A stretch of DNA of 36,799 nucleotides, taken from Thiotrichaceae bacterium (GTDB lineage: Bacteria; Pseudomonadota; Gammaproteobacteria; Beggiatoales; Beggiatoaceae). Made by a program: the position numbers and the translations under genes. This document shows, in pieces, positions 1-9,447 of this stretch. Positions within the stretch are counted from its first letter, which is position 1, and every line of letters begins with the position of its first letter. The stretch is taken from NCBI GenBank assembly GCA_026991885.1, contig JALXAQ010000233.1, positions 1 to 36,799 on the forward strand, given 5' to 3'. The notes under the pieces are model-generated. The model was not told the DNA's origin. It saw only the letters and a program-made list of their open reading frames with translations, and ran no database searches.

Positions 1-1
1 T

Positions 2-262
2 CAAATTGATTTATTGATACGTTATGCGGGGCAATTGTTTGGTTTAGAGTTAAAGAGTTTTGCAAATCAACGAGAATATCGTAAAGCCCTCATTCAAGCG
101 GCAAAGTATGGAAAACACTTAGGCGTGTTGGAAATCTGGTTAGTGTTATTTATTGAAGCCGTTGATGACAAAAATCGTCAACGCTTTGAAGCCGATTACA
201 CTGATAGTCAAACGGGTGTTATTGTGCATCCGGTTTTTGTGCAGACGGGAAAAGACAATTAA
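2..262 (+). CDS. 3' fragment of a gene running off the left window edge; C-terminal domain possibly PD-(D/E)XK-like (ELK motif)
   Basis: The reading frame is open from position 2. A TTG/ATG-less stretch is called at 14. The ExK motif in FGLELKSF and the overall layout resemble the C-terminal nuclease-like domain of AAA-ATPase/PDDEXK_9 proteins. This is a weak by-eye call. Stop at 260-262. Confidence 0.35.
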   Translation, partial: QIDLLIRYAGQLFGLELKSFANQREYRKALIQAAKYGKHLGVLEIWLVLFIEAVDDKNRQRFEADYTDSQTGVIVHPVFVQTGKDN

Positions 263-290
263 CGACAGGGGTTATTTGTTGCAGGACGTC
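257..290 (+). repeat. Copy 1 of the roughly 40-bp intergenic repeat TTAACGACAGGG(G/A)TTA...GCAGG..GTC
   Basis: AATTAACGACAGGGGTTATTTGTTGCAGGACGTC immediately follows the stop codon. It is near-identical to the copies at 9288 and 11846. Confidence 0.6.
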
Positions 291-347
291 CAGTAGGGAA
301 CGTGGCCTGCCTGATCTCCGCTCTGTTACTTGGTTTCTCAGGCGGAG

Positions 348-378
348 GGTGATAAAAAATTGGTGCGTGGGACGCACC
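348..378 (-). terminator. Rho-independent terminator downstream of the radical SAM gene
   Basis: Perfect 7-bp stem GGTGCGT-GGG-ACGCACC at 362-378. On the minus strand it is followed by AATTTTTTAT. Confidence 0.5.
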
Positions 379-1239
379 CTACGTTTTATGGTATGAAAGG
401 AGCCGACTCCGCTGATCCTCCAGCGACGCATACACTGTCCCGTCCGACAGCAGGTTGCTTGATCGACATAGCCGATTTTCCAGTTCCCAAAGTGGGGTCG
501 GTTCGTGGTAATAACAGACTTGTAGTCCTCCTATTCGACGAATTTCTGGCCCCCAAGGTAGCTTAGCGACCACTTCTCCTTGCCCCACAAAAGGATCGTA
601 TTCAATCTGATGTGTCTGAGCCCAATGATTTTGGTCGGATTGCTTAAAAACCGATTTTTCATAAGTCACATAAGTGTGTTTAAATGTAAATTCTTCAACG
701 CCATAAGCTTGCAAGGTGCGAATGTATTGCCAAACCTTTTCCGTGTTATCAATGTATTCTTTGCACATGACACAAATAGCGCGGACTTTCAGGGGGGCTG
801 TCTTTTTAAAAAACTGTTCAAGGCTAATGACTTTTTGACCCATTAAGGCGCGACAAGCTTCATCATCCTGATGGTGTCTGGAATAGCAAAGATAAGAAAC
901 GCCCGCTTCTGCTAAAGCTTGCGCTAATTCAGGAGTCAAAAAACTGCCATTGGTAAAGCAAGTGATTTCATTAAAATAGTCGCGTCCCTGCCGGACAAGG
1001 TAGAGTACTTCTTGAGGGCGCAGCAAAGGTTCACCGCCTCCAGTAATCACTAGCCGTTTTGCTCCTCGTTCACGGGCAAATTCATAATAGCGGCGGATGT
1101 CCACTTTTTGCCAACTCTCGTGATGTCGTGTACTGATAGATGATTTTGAGAAACAAAACAAGCAGTTAAGATTGCAGGCCATGCGAACGGGTAGTACGCT
1201 GCAAGTTAAAAAGCGGCATTCATGCCATGATTCAGTCAT
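379..1239 (-). CDS. Radical SAM enzyme; the CxxxCxΦC motif CNLNCLFCF is viperin-like
   Basis: CNLNCLFCFSK cluster (CX3CX2C). ITGGGEPLL glycine-rich SAM motif. FTNGS element. Start is placed at the second Met (MTESW), giving an 8-nt overlap with the upstream gene. The first Met at 1266 lies inside a palindromic repeat. Last gene of the minus-strand operon. Confidence 0.8.
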   Translation of the reverse strand: MTESWHECRFLTCSVLPVRMACNLNCLFCFSKSSISTRHHESWQKVDIRRYYEFARERGAKRLVITGGGEPLLRPQEVLYLVRQGRDYFNEITCFTNGSFLTPELAQALAEAGVSYLCYSRHHQDDEACRALMGQKVISLEQFFKKTAPLKVRAICVMCKEYIDNTEKVWQYIRTLQAYGVEEFTFKHTYVTYEKSVFKQSDQNHWAQTHQIEYDPFVGQGEVVAKLPWGPEIRRIGGLQVCYYHEPTPLWELENRLCRSSNLLSDGTVYASLEDQRSRLLSYHKT

Positions 1240-1945
1240 GTTTAAATCCTTTTCTATGGAGTCCAAGATTTATCTTGGATTCCTGAAATGCCTCACAAAT
1301 CACGGCACGTCGCTCTGGTGCAATATGATGCCAGGCGGTACACAAATCACTTTCTGTTAAGCCAAGTTGTTGCATAGTGTCACGAGCGCGTAGCCGAATC
1401 TCGCGTTGAGAGGATTGTAAGGCACGGCGTAGCGGTAAGCCCTGCTTTTCGCTGTCTTGTAATGTTTGATTGAGTGTGTTTAAGCGTTCTAAGGTATCTG
1501 TCAAAATATCATCATACGCCCTGCCACCGAGCACTTCGCGCCATTGGTGGTGATTGATAATATCACGAGTCAATTGTTCGGCATCATGCAGCGGCAAAGT
1601 CCCGGGCACAAATGCAATGGTTTCGACATCGGGTAGACGCGAAGCCAATGCGACATAAATATCCGATACGCCTGAATACCAAGGCTGTAATTGTAAGGGT
1701 TGCAGAAAAACCAGTCGCCCAATGTGCTCATAATCGGTGTACGGCTCTTGATAGGCGGCGGTTCGCATATAGGTAATCGGTGTCACCGGACCAGCAAGCC
1801 TTTTTAATCCTTTTTCCAAAAAAGTGCTCATTGCCACAGGACCAATGTCCCGAAAGAGAACGGGCAAGGTTTCGTCAGGATTTAATGGACGCAAGGGGGC
1901 GCCGGTATGCCAACTATATTGTTTTAAATTGTCACTCACTGTCAT
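1232..1945 (-). CDS. Hypothetical protein (237 aa); its C-terminal residues are encoded by a palindromic repeat
   Basis: Long ORF in operon register. No recognisable motifs. The last residues ESKINLGL are the translation of the 26-bp palindrome, so the true C-terminus is uncertain. Confidence 0.5.
   Translation of the reverse strand: MTVSDNLKQYSWHTGAPLRPLNPDETLPVLFRDIGPVAMSTFLEKGLKRLAGPVTPITYMRTAAYQEPYTDYEHIGRLVFLQPLQLQPWYSGVSDIYVALASRLPDVETIAFVPGTLPLHDAEQLTRDIINHHQWREVLGGRAYDDILTDTLERLNTLNQTLQDSEKQGLPLRRALQSSQREIRLRARDTMQQLGLTESDLCTAWHHIAPERRAVICEAFQESKINLGLHRKGFKHD
1258..1283. repeat. 26-bp palindromic element, copy A (GGAGTCCAAGATTTATCTTGGATTCC)
   Basis: Perfect inverted repeat apart from one mismatch. 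It lies in the junction between two genes. Confidence 0.8.
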
Positions 1946-1954
1946 AATTGCTTT

Positions 1955-1976
1955 TCCAAACTAAAGTTTGGACTCC
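1955..1976. repeat. Variant palindromic element (TCCAAACTAAAGTTTGGACTCC)
   Basis: Same GGACTCC arm with a different palindromic core. Intergenic. Confidence 0.5.
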
Positions 1977-1979
1977 TAT

Positions 1980-2582
1980 TTAGAATTTTCCACGTCTACC
2001 TAATCTTCTTTCCTGTTCTTCCCGAAGTTGGCGTAGATAATCCATGCGCTCTTCTGCCGACGCTTTCGCTTGTTCCGCTTGATTGAGCAGGCGACGGTAA
2101 TCCAATCGCCTTAGGCGTTGTTGCGACTCTGCCTTGGTTTCACCCTCAATCTCTGCGCCTAAGCAAGCTAAAAATTGTCGTGCAAATTCTTCAACACGGA
2201 GCGGACTTTGGCGGAGTAATTCCATCGTTAAAAGATTCGTCTCCATTGCGAAACTAAAAAAACAGTGCTTAAGTTGTTTTACTCGGTCCGTTTTTACGCC
2301 TAATGCCTTTTTAAGTTCATCATGATCAAGTCCTGCCACTGCAAGTGCTAAACGCTGCCGCCCTTCTTCATTCAGTTGTTCAACTAAAATCTGGAAATCC
2401 TGGGGCGCGATAAAATTGAGTTCCATATCACGATAATGATCGGCTAGCCGTGCATGGACTAATTGCATATCCACTTTTTGTTGTCCCTTTTCTATGATAT
2501 ATTTTTGATAATATCCTTCTAGTAAGCGTAATCTGACGGTAACAGTTGGGAGACTGTTAAAAAATTTTTGACGGATGTTCAT
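1980..2582 (-). CDS. Hypothetical protein (200 aa) with a charged coiled-coil C-terminal half
   Basis: ORF in operon. The E/R/Q-rich C-terminus suggests a coiled coil. No catalytic motifs seen. Confidence 0.5.
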   Translation of the reverse strand: MNIRQKFFNSLPTVTVRLRLLEGYYQKYIIEKGQQKVDMQLVHARLADHYRDMELNFIAPQDFQILVEQLNEEGRQRLALAVAGLDHDELKKALGVKTDRVKQLKHCFFSFAMETNLLTMELLRQSPLRVEEFARQFLACLGAEIEGETKAESQQRLRRLDYRRLLNQAEQAKASAEERMDYLRQLREEQERRLGRRGKF

Positions 2583-4206
2583 GCCTATTCTCTGAAAAAA
2601 GTGCGTGTGCCAATTTTGCTGCTAATTTTGGAAAATCTTCCATTTCTTCAATGCGAATGACGGTTGCTCCTGCTGCTTGATAGCGGGCATCGTTAAGTTC
2701 TCTCAAAGCATGTAGTAATAGGATAAGTTGTTGAGAGGATTGGATCGCTTCTCCCAAAATGCCGGCTGCTTGTTCGTGTTCATCATAATTATAATCAAAG
2801 TCGCTATCGCTGATGATAACGCGAATGGGTTGCGCGTCGCTAGAGTCTATCACTGAACTTTGTAGTTTTTCAAATGGAAATTGGGTGCCTGAGCCGATGT
2901 AGTGCATCAAAAAGCGCGACAATTCAATCTCGGAGCGGCACCATTGCCAATAGGCGACATGATCACTTGAATATAATAAAGCCCGTGCGCGTCCCCCGGC
3001 ACGAATAGCACCCATGACGAGTATTTGTGAAGCTAAGGTCATGGCATTGCGAGTATAGCGCGGATCGGGCATGGAGCCACTGACATCTAAATAAATTTCA
3101 ACTTTGGGTTGCCAGAGGGGGATGTCGTAGCCTTCAACTTCGGCTATTCTGTTGCGCTTTAAGGGTAGGGCGGCACCCAGTTGGTCTCCTCGATAGAGTA
3201 GTGTTGTTAACCAGTCTATATCTTGTACTGCATCTTGGGGTTCCCAGTCATCAATGGTGGTGGGGACGACGGCTTCTCCGAGTGTGCGCTGTGGCGGGGG
3301 GTGAATTAAATAACGCTCTGCTTGTTGGCGATAATAGGCGGCCATGATTTCTGGCACTTGATCGGCAGCCCCCTGTTGAAGTCCGGGCAGTCCCATGATA
3401 CGACGTTCAAGGGTATTTTGGCCATCCAGAGATTTTGCCTCTTTTTCATCGAGCCAGCCTTCTGCAAGGGCTCGGCGGATAGCTTCTTTTTCACGCGCAC
3501 TGGGGGTTAAGGCATCGGCCCAATCTTCTGGACTGGGCTCGTCTGCCGCGCATTGGTAGGGGTTGATATTTTTTGGGTGTTCAGGTGGCTTGATGTAGCG
3601 GCAGACGACGGAGATAAAGTAAAGAAATTGGGTATAAATGTTGGGGCCGAGATTGAAGAGATTTTGGGATAATAATTGTGCATCGGCGCGGTAGCTTGGA
3701 TATGCCTTTTCAAAGTCGGCGGCTCCCATCAGTGCGCCCTGTTCGGTTTGCCAAAGTTCTTCGTAAACGGCTAAATAAAAGAGAAAGGCGGGATCGTTGA
3801 GTGAGTTGTCATCAAAGGCTTGATAGATGCGAATGAGTTGGTCGCGTTGCGTATGCCCGATATGTTCGTTGATCATGATATCGGTAAATAGGTTAATCAG
3901 CGAATATTCTTCAATTGGGATCAGGGATTTTTCTAACAGGCGCAGACGGGCTTGGACAGCAAGCGTTCCCGGATAGCGTACATGATGCCCTATTTCGTGC
4001 GCCAGCAGGGCTTCGATACAGTCTTCTAGTCCTTTTTCTTTGATGGTTTTGTGGTTGAGCGTGATTTGTCTGTTGCCTAAGTGAATTTGGGCGATACTGT
4101 GTTGGTGTGAATCGTCTTTGGGTGTACTTAATAAGAGAAATTGTGACCAGTGGGCTTGTGCCTTTGGCCAGGTTTTGTTGATGATTTGATTGAGGCTTGT
4201 ACTCAT
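2557..4206 (-). CDS. Fused HExxH zinc-metallopeptidase-like N-domain plus von Willebrand A (MIDAS) C-domain protein; partner of the MoxR-like ATPase (DUF2201-like)
   Basis: LLAHEIGHHVRY (HExxH) near the N-terminus. IYLDVSGSM (DxSxS MIDAS) in the C-terminal half. 549 aa. Sits two genes downstream of the AAA+ ATPase. Confidence 0.8.
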   Translation of the reverse strand: MSTSLNQIINKTWPKAQAHWSQFLLLSTPKDDSHQHSIAQIHLGNRQITLNHKTIKEKGLEDCIEALLAHEIGHHVRYPGTLAVQARLRLLEKSLIPIEEYSLINLFTDIMINEHIGHTQRDQLIRIYQAFDDNSLNDPAFLFYLAVYEELWQTEQGALMGAADFEKAYPSYRADAQLLSQNLFNLGPNIYTQFLYFISVVCRYIKPPEHPKNINPYQCAADEPSPEDWADALTPSAREKEAIRRALAEGWLDEKEAKSLDGQNTLERRIMGLPGLQQGAADQVPEIMAAYYRQQAERYLIHPPPQRTLGEAVVPTTIDDWEPQDAVQDIDWLTTLLYRGDQLGAALPLKRNRIAEVEGYDIPLWQPKVEIYLDVSGSMPDPRYTRNAMTLASQILVMGAIRAGGRARALLYSSDHVAYWQWCRSEIELSRFLMHYIGSGTQFPFEKLQSSVIDSSDAQPIRVIISDSDFDYNYDEHEQAAGILGEAIQSSQQLILLLHALRELNDARYQAAGATVIRIEEMEDFPKLAAKLAHALFSENRHEHPSKIF

Positions 4207-4231
4207 TGCTTGTTCTCATTGATTGTCATTT

Positions 4232-5134
4232 TTAACCCGCAACCACTTGCCAAATCCGTTGTGAATCCACCGCAGTCACCAAGAGTTGCCCACAGAATAA
4301 ATATGAATAATGCTCACCAAGCCGTGTCAATTCTACCTTATTTGATTGAATTGTAACACTTGAGTCTTTAAATGTCAGATTTATATGACTTTCCTCGGTT
4401 TGGGTGTGTCCCAAGCATTTGTTATGATATAGCAAAGTCTTTGGCGCATTATTCATAAAAATACCCCCATAAACGCCATCCAGTCGGCGATCATGGACGC
4501 AAACCACGGAGGGGGCAACTTGGTGCATGTCTCCGGGGAGAAAGTTGTCGTGAATGTCGCGCCCGTCCAAAATGGAAACGCGATAGGGGGGGCGGGCTTT
4601 TTCCGGCGGACGTAGCAGCGGTGCGATAATCTCAATGAGAAAATTTTCGATTTTTGTCAAAGCCGGTAGTTCTTCGGCACGGGAGAGAATATAGAGCCCC
4701 ATCCAAGGGGTTTCTTGTCGTATATTTTCGCCCAAATTCCATATTTTTGTTATCAATTCTAATTGCTGTGCAGCGGGCACTTGAGATAAAGTCAGTGGAA
4801 TTTCTTTCAATAGACAATATTCAAGAAAGCTATTCCAAGTAATATTCAATGCTTGATGAGTGGCTTTTTTATTTTTAATCAAGTAGTTATATTGCCATTC
4901 TGGAATAGATTGTGTGATGTAAGCACTACCGATGCCTTCGCGGATCAAGTCCATGTAGCCAGCAAAGACTTTTTCTTTATTGTGTTGGTTGCGAATGTTG
5001 TGCCAGCAGAGTCGTGCCGCTCCTTTGCAAATTTCCAAGAAAAGTTCGTTATTCCAGTGGGCATATTGTTTTTGGCCGAGCGAATGGATGCGGTTGATTT
5101 CTTGGGTAAAATGTTGTGGTGTTTTGTTTGTCAT
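4232..5134 (-). CDS. Hypothetical protein (300 aa) in the MoxR-vWA operon
   Basis: ORF between the ATPase and the vWA gene with tight spacing. No recognisable motif. Confidence 0.5.
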   Translation of the reverse strand: MTNKTPQHFTQEINRIHSLGQKQYAHWNNELFLEICKGAARLCWHNIRNQHNKEKVFAGYMDLIREGIGSAYITQSIPEWQYNYLIKNKKATHQALNITWNSFLEYCLLKEIPLTLSQVPAAQQLELITKIWNLGENIRQETPWMGLYILSRAEELPALTKIENFLIEIIAPLLRPPEKARPPYRVSILDGRDIHDNFLPGDMHQVAPSVVCVHDRRLDGVYGGIFMNNAPKTLLYHNKCLGHTQTEESHINLTFKDSSVTIQSNKVELTRLGEHYSYLFCGQLLVTAVDSQRIWQVVAG

Positions 5135-5159
5135 TTTTTTTCAGTGCAGGCGCGTCGAG

Positions 5160-6671
5160 TTATGATCGGTTCAGTTTATGACGACATTGAACATAAAGGT
5201 GCTTTAATAAAACCAGGTCATTATGGACGGGGGCATTTAATTCATGTTTTGTCACCAAATTTTCCATTTCTTGTTGTAGCATCTGCAAACCTTGTTTGAG
5301 TTCTTGCTGTGGCAGTCCATCAATGCTTGTCTGAAGTTCTATGATAGGTTGTCGCAAGGCTTGATAAGCAACATGTTGTTTCAAGCTATGATCAAATAAT
5401 TGGCGTATCCAAGATACTTTGTCGGTTTGATAAACTTGATTTTCCGTTTTTTGAAAAAAGTCGCTTTGTGGATTGGGCTTGAGTTTTTCGTGTAATACCC
5501 AGGGCAAAATTTGACGGATGTCTTCATTTGAAACGGTGGTTTTTCCCCGAAAAAAGGCCAGTGCTTTGGCATAATGGATAATCGTTTGATAGGCGCGAGC
5601 GGATGCGCCGGATTCTGTTTGGGTGCAAATATTTTCAAATTTGTCCAGTGGACAATCTTCGGTGCAAACGTGTCCTACTCGGCGTCCGGCTAAATGAAGC
5701 GTATCTTTGTTTTGAAATTCCAGCGTATCCGATGCCCGTCGGCAAAAGTCGAGTTGCGAAATCAGAAATCCTAGAATTTCTAGTACTTCTGATGGCATTT
5801 CGATGGCGCGAATTTTTGTGCCGATTTGGTCTAATTCTTCAGGCGTAAAAATGATGTCAGTGGGCATGGGTTGCTCTGCGTTGTTTGCAATGCGCTTTGC
5901 TAATGCCGTCAGATAGCGGGTATTGAAAGGCGTACAGCGCACGACGATGTCGATACGATCTTTTAGGGCTTCAATGACTTGAAATGTGCCACCGCCTAAG
6001 TCATCATTTGCTGTCAAAAACCAGGCTGAATTTTGGCAGTGAATGATTTGTTCATACATTTCGGCATAGCCTTCTGCCATCAGGGACAGTAGACAGGATT
6101 GCGTTTTTGTTGGGATTCTGTTGTATTCGTCAATGATTTTGACGCGCATACTGATCCATTTGCGCCAGAGTACTCGGATATCGGCACTGTGACGCGCTTG
6201 AACTAAGTCGCTCGGCAAGGGGCTGCCCAATATATCGGCTTGCGTCATTTGTGGATGCCCGTGCTGAATGGCGTGTTTGATTTCGTCTAAGCTGTAGCCG
6301 GCAAGTAGTGCCATTAGGGTGGCAACGGTGGTTTTTCCCCGCCCGGGTGCTCCGATGAGTAAGAGGCGACGCGATGTCATCAAAGTCAGCAATGGCAAGA
6401 GGATAAAAGAGGCATAACTGTCTTCTGATGTTAAATTGATTTGTTGCTCGGAACGCCCCAAGGTGATGCGATGACCGTATTCTATGTCATTGTAGGGAGA
6501 ATAGATCGCGTTGTCTAGTATCCATTGATAGGCGAGCCGGCATTTTTCGGTGAGGTTGCCCGCTTTGGGGGATTTAAAGCTAATAGCTCCCGTGTCATCC
6601 AGTTGCGCTCTGCCTTTTAACCAGGATTGTACGAGTGTCTTAGCATCTGTTTGATGTGTGATGTTGTGCAT
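5160..6671 (-). CDS. MoxR-like AAA+ ATPase (AAA_5 type) with N- and C-terminal extensions
   Basis: Walker A LLLIGAPGRGKTTVA. Walker B/sensor region IIDEYNRIPTKTQSCLLSLMAEG, comparable to the MoxR LxDEINRAxPxxQSALLEAM. 503 aa. First gene of the operon. Confidence 0.8.
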   Translation of the reverse strand: MHNITHQTDAKTLVQSWLKGRAQLDDTGAISFKSPKAGNLTEKCRLAYQWILDNAIYSPYNDIEYGHRITLGRSEQQINLTSEDSYASFILLPLLTLMTSRRLLLIGAPGRGKTTVATLMALLAGYSLDEIKHAIQHGHPQMTQADILGSPLPSDLVQARHSADIRVLWRKWISMRVKIIDEYNRIPTKTQSCLLSLMAEGYAEMYEQIIHCQNSAWFLTANDDLGGGTFQVIEALKDRIDIVVRCTPFNTRYLTALAKRIANNAEQPMPTDIIFTPEELDQIGTKIRAIEMPSEVLEILGFLISQLDFCRRASDTLEFQNKDTLHLAGRRVGHVCTEDCPLDKFENICTQTESGASARAYQTIIHYAKALAFFRGKTTVSNEDIRQILPWVLHEKLKPNPQSDFFQKTENQVYQTDKVSWIRQLFDHSLKQHVAYQALRQPIIELQTSIDGLPQQELKQGLQMLQQEMENLVTKHELNAPVHNDLVLLKHLYVQCRHKLNRS

Positions 6672-6832
6672 AAGAATTTTGGATGTTTTTTGACTCTCAT
6701 TCTCTAATCATTTAATATTGCCATCGGGTATGATGCTTGAAACTTATCAGCGGTTCAGGTTCTGTATGCCTGTCTGGCGCACGGTCTGATGTGGCCTGTG
6801 TGTACCGAGAGCCGATGGCTATATCCACCATT

Positions 6833-6905
6833 CGTTAGATAGCTCATCAGGTAGAGCAACTGACTCATAATCAGTGTGTAGCAGGTTCGATTCCTGCTCT
6901 AACTC
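6833..6905 (+). tRNA. tRNA with anticodon CAU (Met or Ile2 type), 73 nt, no encoded CCA; acceptor stem AT-rich with a C1-U72 mismatch
   Basis: Folded by hand. Acceptor CGTTAGA/TCTAACT. D-arm GCTC-ATCAGGTA-GAGC. Anticodon arm ACTGA-CTCATAA-TCAGT (U33, CAT, A37). Variable loop GTGTA. T-arm GCAGG-TTCGATT-CCTGC. Discriminator C. Confidence 0.55.
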
Positions 6906-6908
6906 ATA

Positions 6909-6935
6909 TGACTTGCCAAGTCACTATTTTAACAC
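6909..6935 (+). terminator. Hairpin plus T-tract after the tRNA
   Basis: TGACTTGCCAAGTCA followed by CTATTTT. Confidence 0.35.
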
Positions 6936-7176
6936 AAGAACCGTGACCGTCTTCGGTGGGCATCAGTGATGCTCACAGCATGTTCAGGGCTTTGTGTGAT
7001 AATGGGTACGGCAAGCTTGGTTTTTTCTCTCCGTGTTGTCCCTAAACCCAAGCCAGATAGATTTTACGTTTTGGGGGCGGGCTGACGGGCGGATTAAATC
7101 CAGCTTGTCGCAAATTGTCACCCGCATTGTGCATGTGGGGGCGGTCATTTAATAAATGGAACAGGAGGCTAAAATC

Positions 7177-8307
7177 ATGTTGATATTCAGTCAATTTATT
7201 GTTCACAAAAATGAACGGGGATTGTTATTTAAAGAGGGTGACTTTTTGGATTTTTTGGCACCAGGCACTTATCGCTATTTTGATCCCTTGCATAAAATTC
7301 AAGTAGAACGCTATGATTTGTCTGTTCCAGAGTTTGAACATCGCTTGGTCGATTTTTTTATTAAAGAATATGCCGATGCTGTTGCGCGTTATTTTACAAT
7401 TATTGAATTGGGTGCCCAACAAGTCGCCTTACTCTATAAAAATGGACGATTAACGAATATTTTACCGCCTTCTAGCCGCCAATTGTATTGGAATGGGATT
7501 GTGGAGGTTAAGACAGAAATTATTGATATTTCAGACAAATTTGAAATTTCGCGTGTTCAAGCCGCGCCGCTTGTGTATGCACCTGTACAAGGTGTGAATG
7601 AAGCTATTTATAGTCAAGAAGTGCCAGAATATCAGATTGGTTTGTTGTATGTTGATGGACAATGTATTAAAACCTTGCAACCCGGTTTACACGCTTATTG
7701 GCAATTTAATCGTCATATCAATATTGTTATGTGGGATACCCGCCTACAAGATATAGAAGTTTCTGGACAAGAAATTCTGACCAAAGATAAAGTGAGTTTG
7801 CGTGTGAATCTATCTGCGACTTATTCTATTAAAAATGTGCAGCGTGCAACCTCTACTTTAACTAATCCCGTTAATTATTTGTATAAAGAATTGCAATTTG
7901 GGCTACGCGCTGCGGTGGGTACTCGTACTTTAGATGAATTGTTAGGTAATAAAAATGTGATTGATGAGATCGTGTTTGCCTATATCCGCGATAAGATGGC
8001 GGAATTGGGTATTGAAGTGCAAAGCGTGGGCGTAAAAGACATCATTTTGCCGGGTGAGATGAAAACGATTTTGGCTAAAGTGGTTGAAGCGGAAAAGGTA
8101 GCACAAGCGAATTTAATCAAACGCCGTGAGGAGACGGCTGCGACTCGCTCCTTGCTGAATACGGCTAAAGTGATGGAAGATAATCCGACCGCTTTACGGT
8201 TGAAAGAGCTTGAGGTACTTGAGAAGGTGACGGAGAAAATTGGTAAACTATCTGTGTATGGCGGCTTGGAAGGTTTATTGAAGGAATTGGTTAAAATTAA
8301 GACTTAA
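7177..8307 (+). CDS. SPFH/Band-7 (stomatin/prohibitin/flotillin-like) domain protein
   Basis: NERGLLFKEG opening typical of SPFH proteins. Long C-terminal coiled coil (KVVEAEKVAQANLIKRREETAA). AGGAGG RBS 9 nt upstream of the ATG at 7177. Confidence 0.75.
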   Translation: MLIFSQFIVHKNERGLLFKEGDFLDFLAPGTYRYFDPLHKIQVERYDLSVPEFEHRLVDFFIKEYADAVARYFTIIELGAQQVALLYKNGRLTNILPPSSRQLYWNGIVEVKTEIIDISDKFEISRVQAAPLVYAPVQGVNEAIYSQEVPEYQIGLLYVDGQCIKTLQPGLHAYWQFNRHINIVMWDTRLQDIEVSGQEILTKDKVSLRVNLSATYSIKNVQRATSTLTNPVNYLYKELQFGLRAAVGTRTLDELLGNKNVIDEIVFAYIRDKMAELGIEVQSVGVKDIILPGEMKTILAKVVEAEKVAQANLIKRREETAATRSLLNTAKVMEDNPTALRLKELEVLEKVTEKIGKLSVYGGLEGLLKELVKIKT

Positions 8308-9285
<978 letters not shown>

Positions 9286-9287
9286 TT

Positions 9288-9328
9288 TGAACGACAGGGA
9301 TTAATTATTAGCAGGGATAAGTCAAAAC
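9288..9328 (+). repeat. Copy 2 of the roughly 40-bp intergenic repeat
   Basis: TTGAACGACAGGGATTAATTATTAGCAGGGATAAGTCAAAAC directly after the trxB stop. Confidence 0.7.
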
Positions 9329-9344
9329 ATTATATTTTCGTTGT

Positions 9345-9400
9345 TTCGGGAATGGAGCTGATTTCCCGAAACAAAACTTCAAAAAAGTCGTTTTTTTTCC
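9345..9400 (+). terminator. Rho-independent terminator of trxB
   Basis: 12-bp stem TTGTTTCGGGAA...TTCCCGAAACAA followed by an A/T run ending in TTTTTTTT. Confidence 0.6.
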
Positions 9401-9447
9401 GGTAGAAGTTGTACTTATCGCAAACTGATAGGTGGTAATAACTTAAT

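Noticed and set aside
270-570. Possible structured RNA (tmRNA, RNase P or group II intron domain V) suggested by GGTGCGTGGGACGCACC and GGAGCCGACTCC hairpins
   Set aside because: No tag-peptide reading frame, no CCA-ending tRNA-like domain and no domain V AGC triad could be found. The hairpin is better explained as the radical SAM gene's terminator.
219-846. Plus and minus ORFs 219..431, 330..566 and 580..846 in the radical SAM gene's 3' region
   Set aside because: They sit inside or antisense to the longer, motif-supported radical SAM ORF. No independent signals.
1172-1360. ORF 1172..1360 (+) and ORF 22922..23200 (-), both containing ESKIYLG
   Set aside because: Both are translations of the palindromic repeat in another orientation or frame. 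They overlap real genes (radical SAM start, csp).
3306-3713. Small ORFs inside or antisense to the vWA-peptidase gene (3306..3500, 3322..3510, 3507..3713, 3911..4219)
   Set aside because: Shadow ORFs within a strongly supported 549-aa gene.
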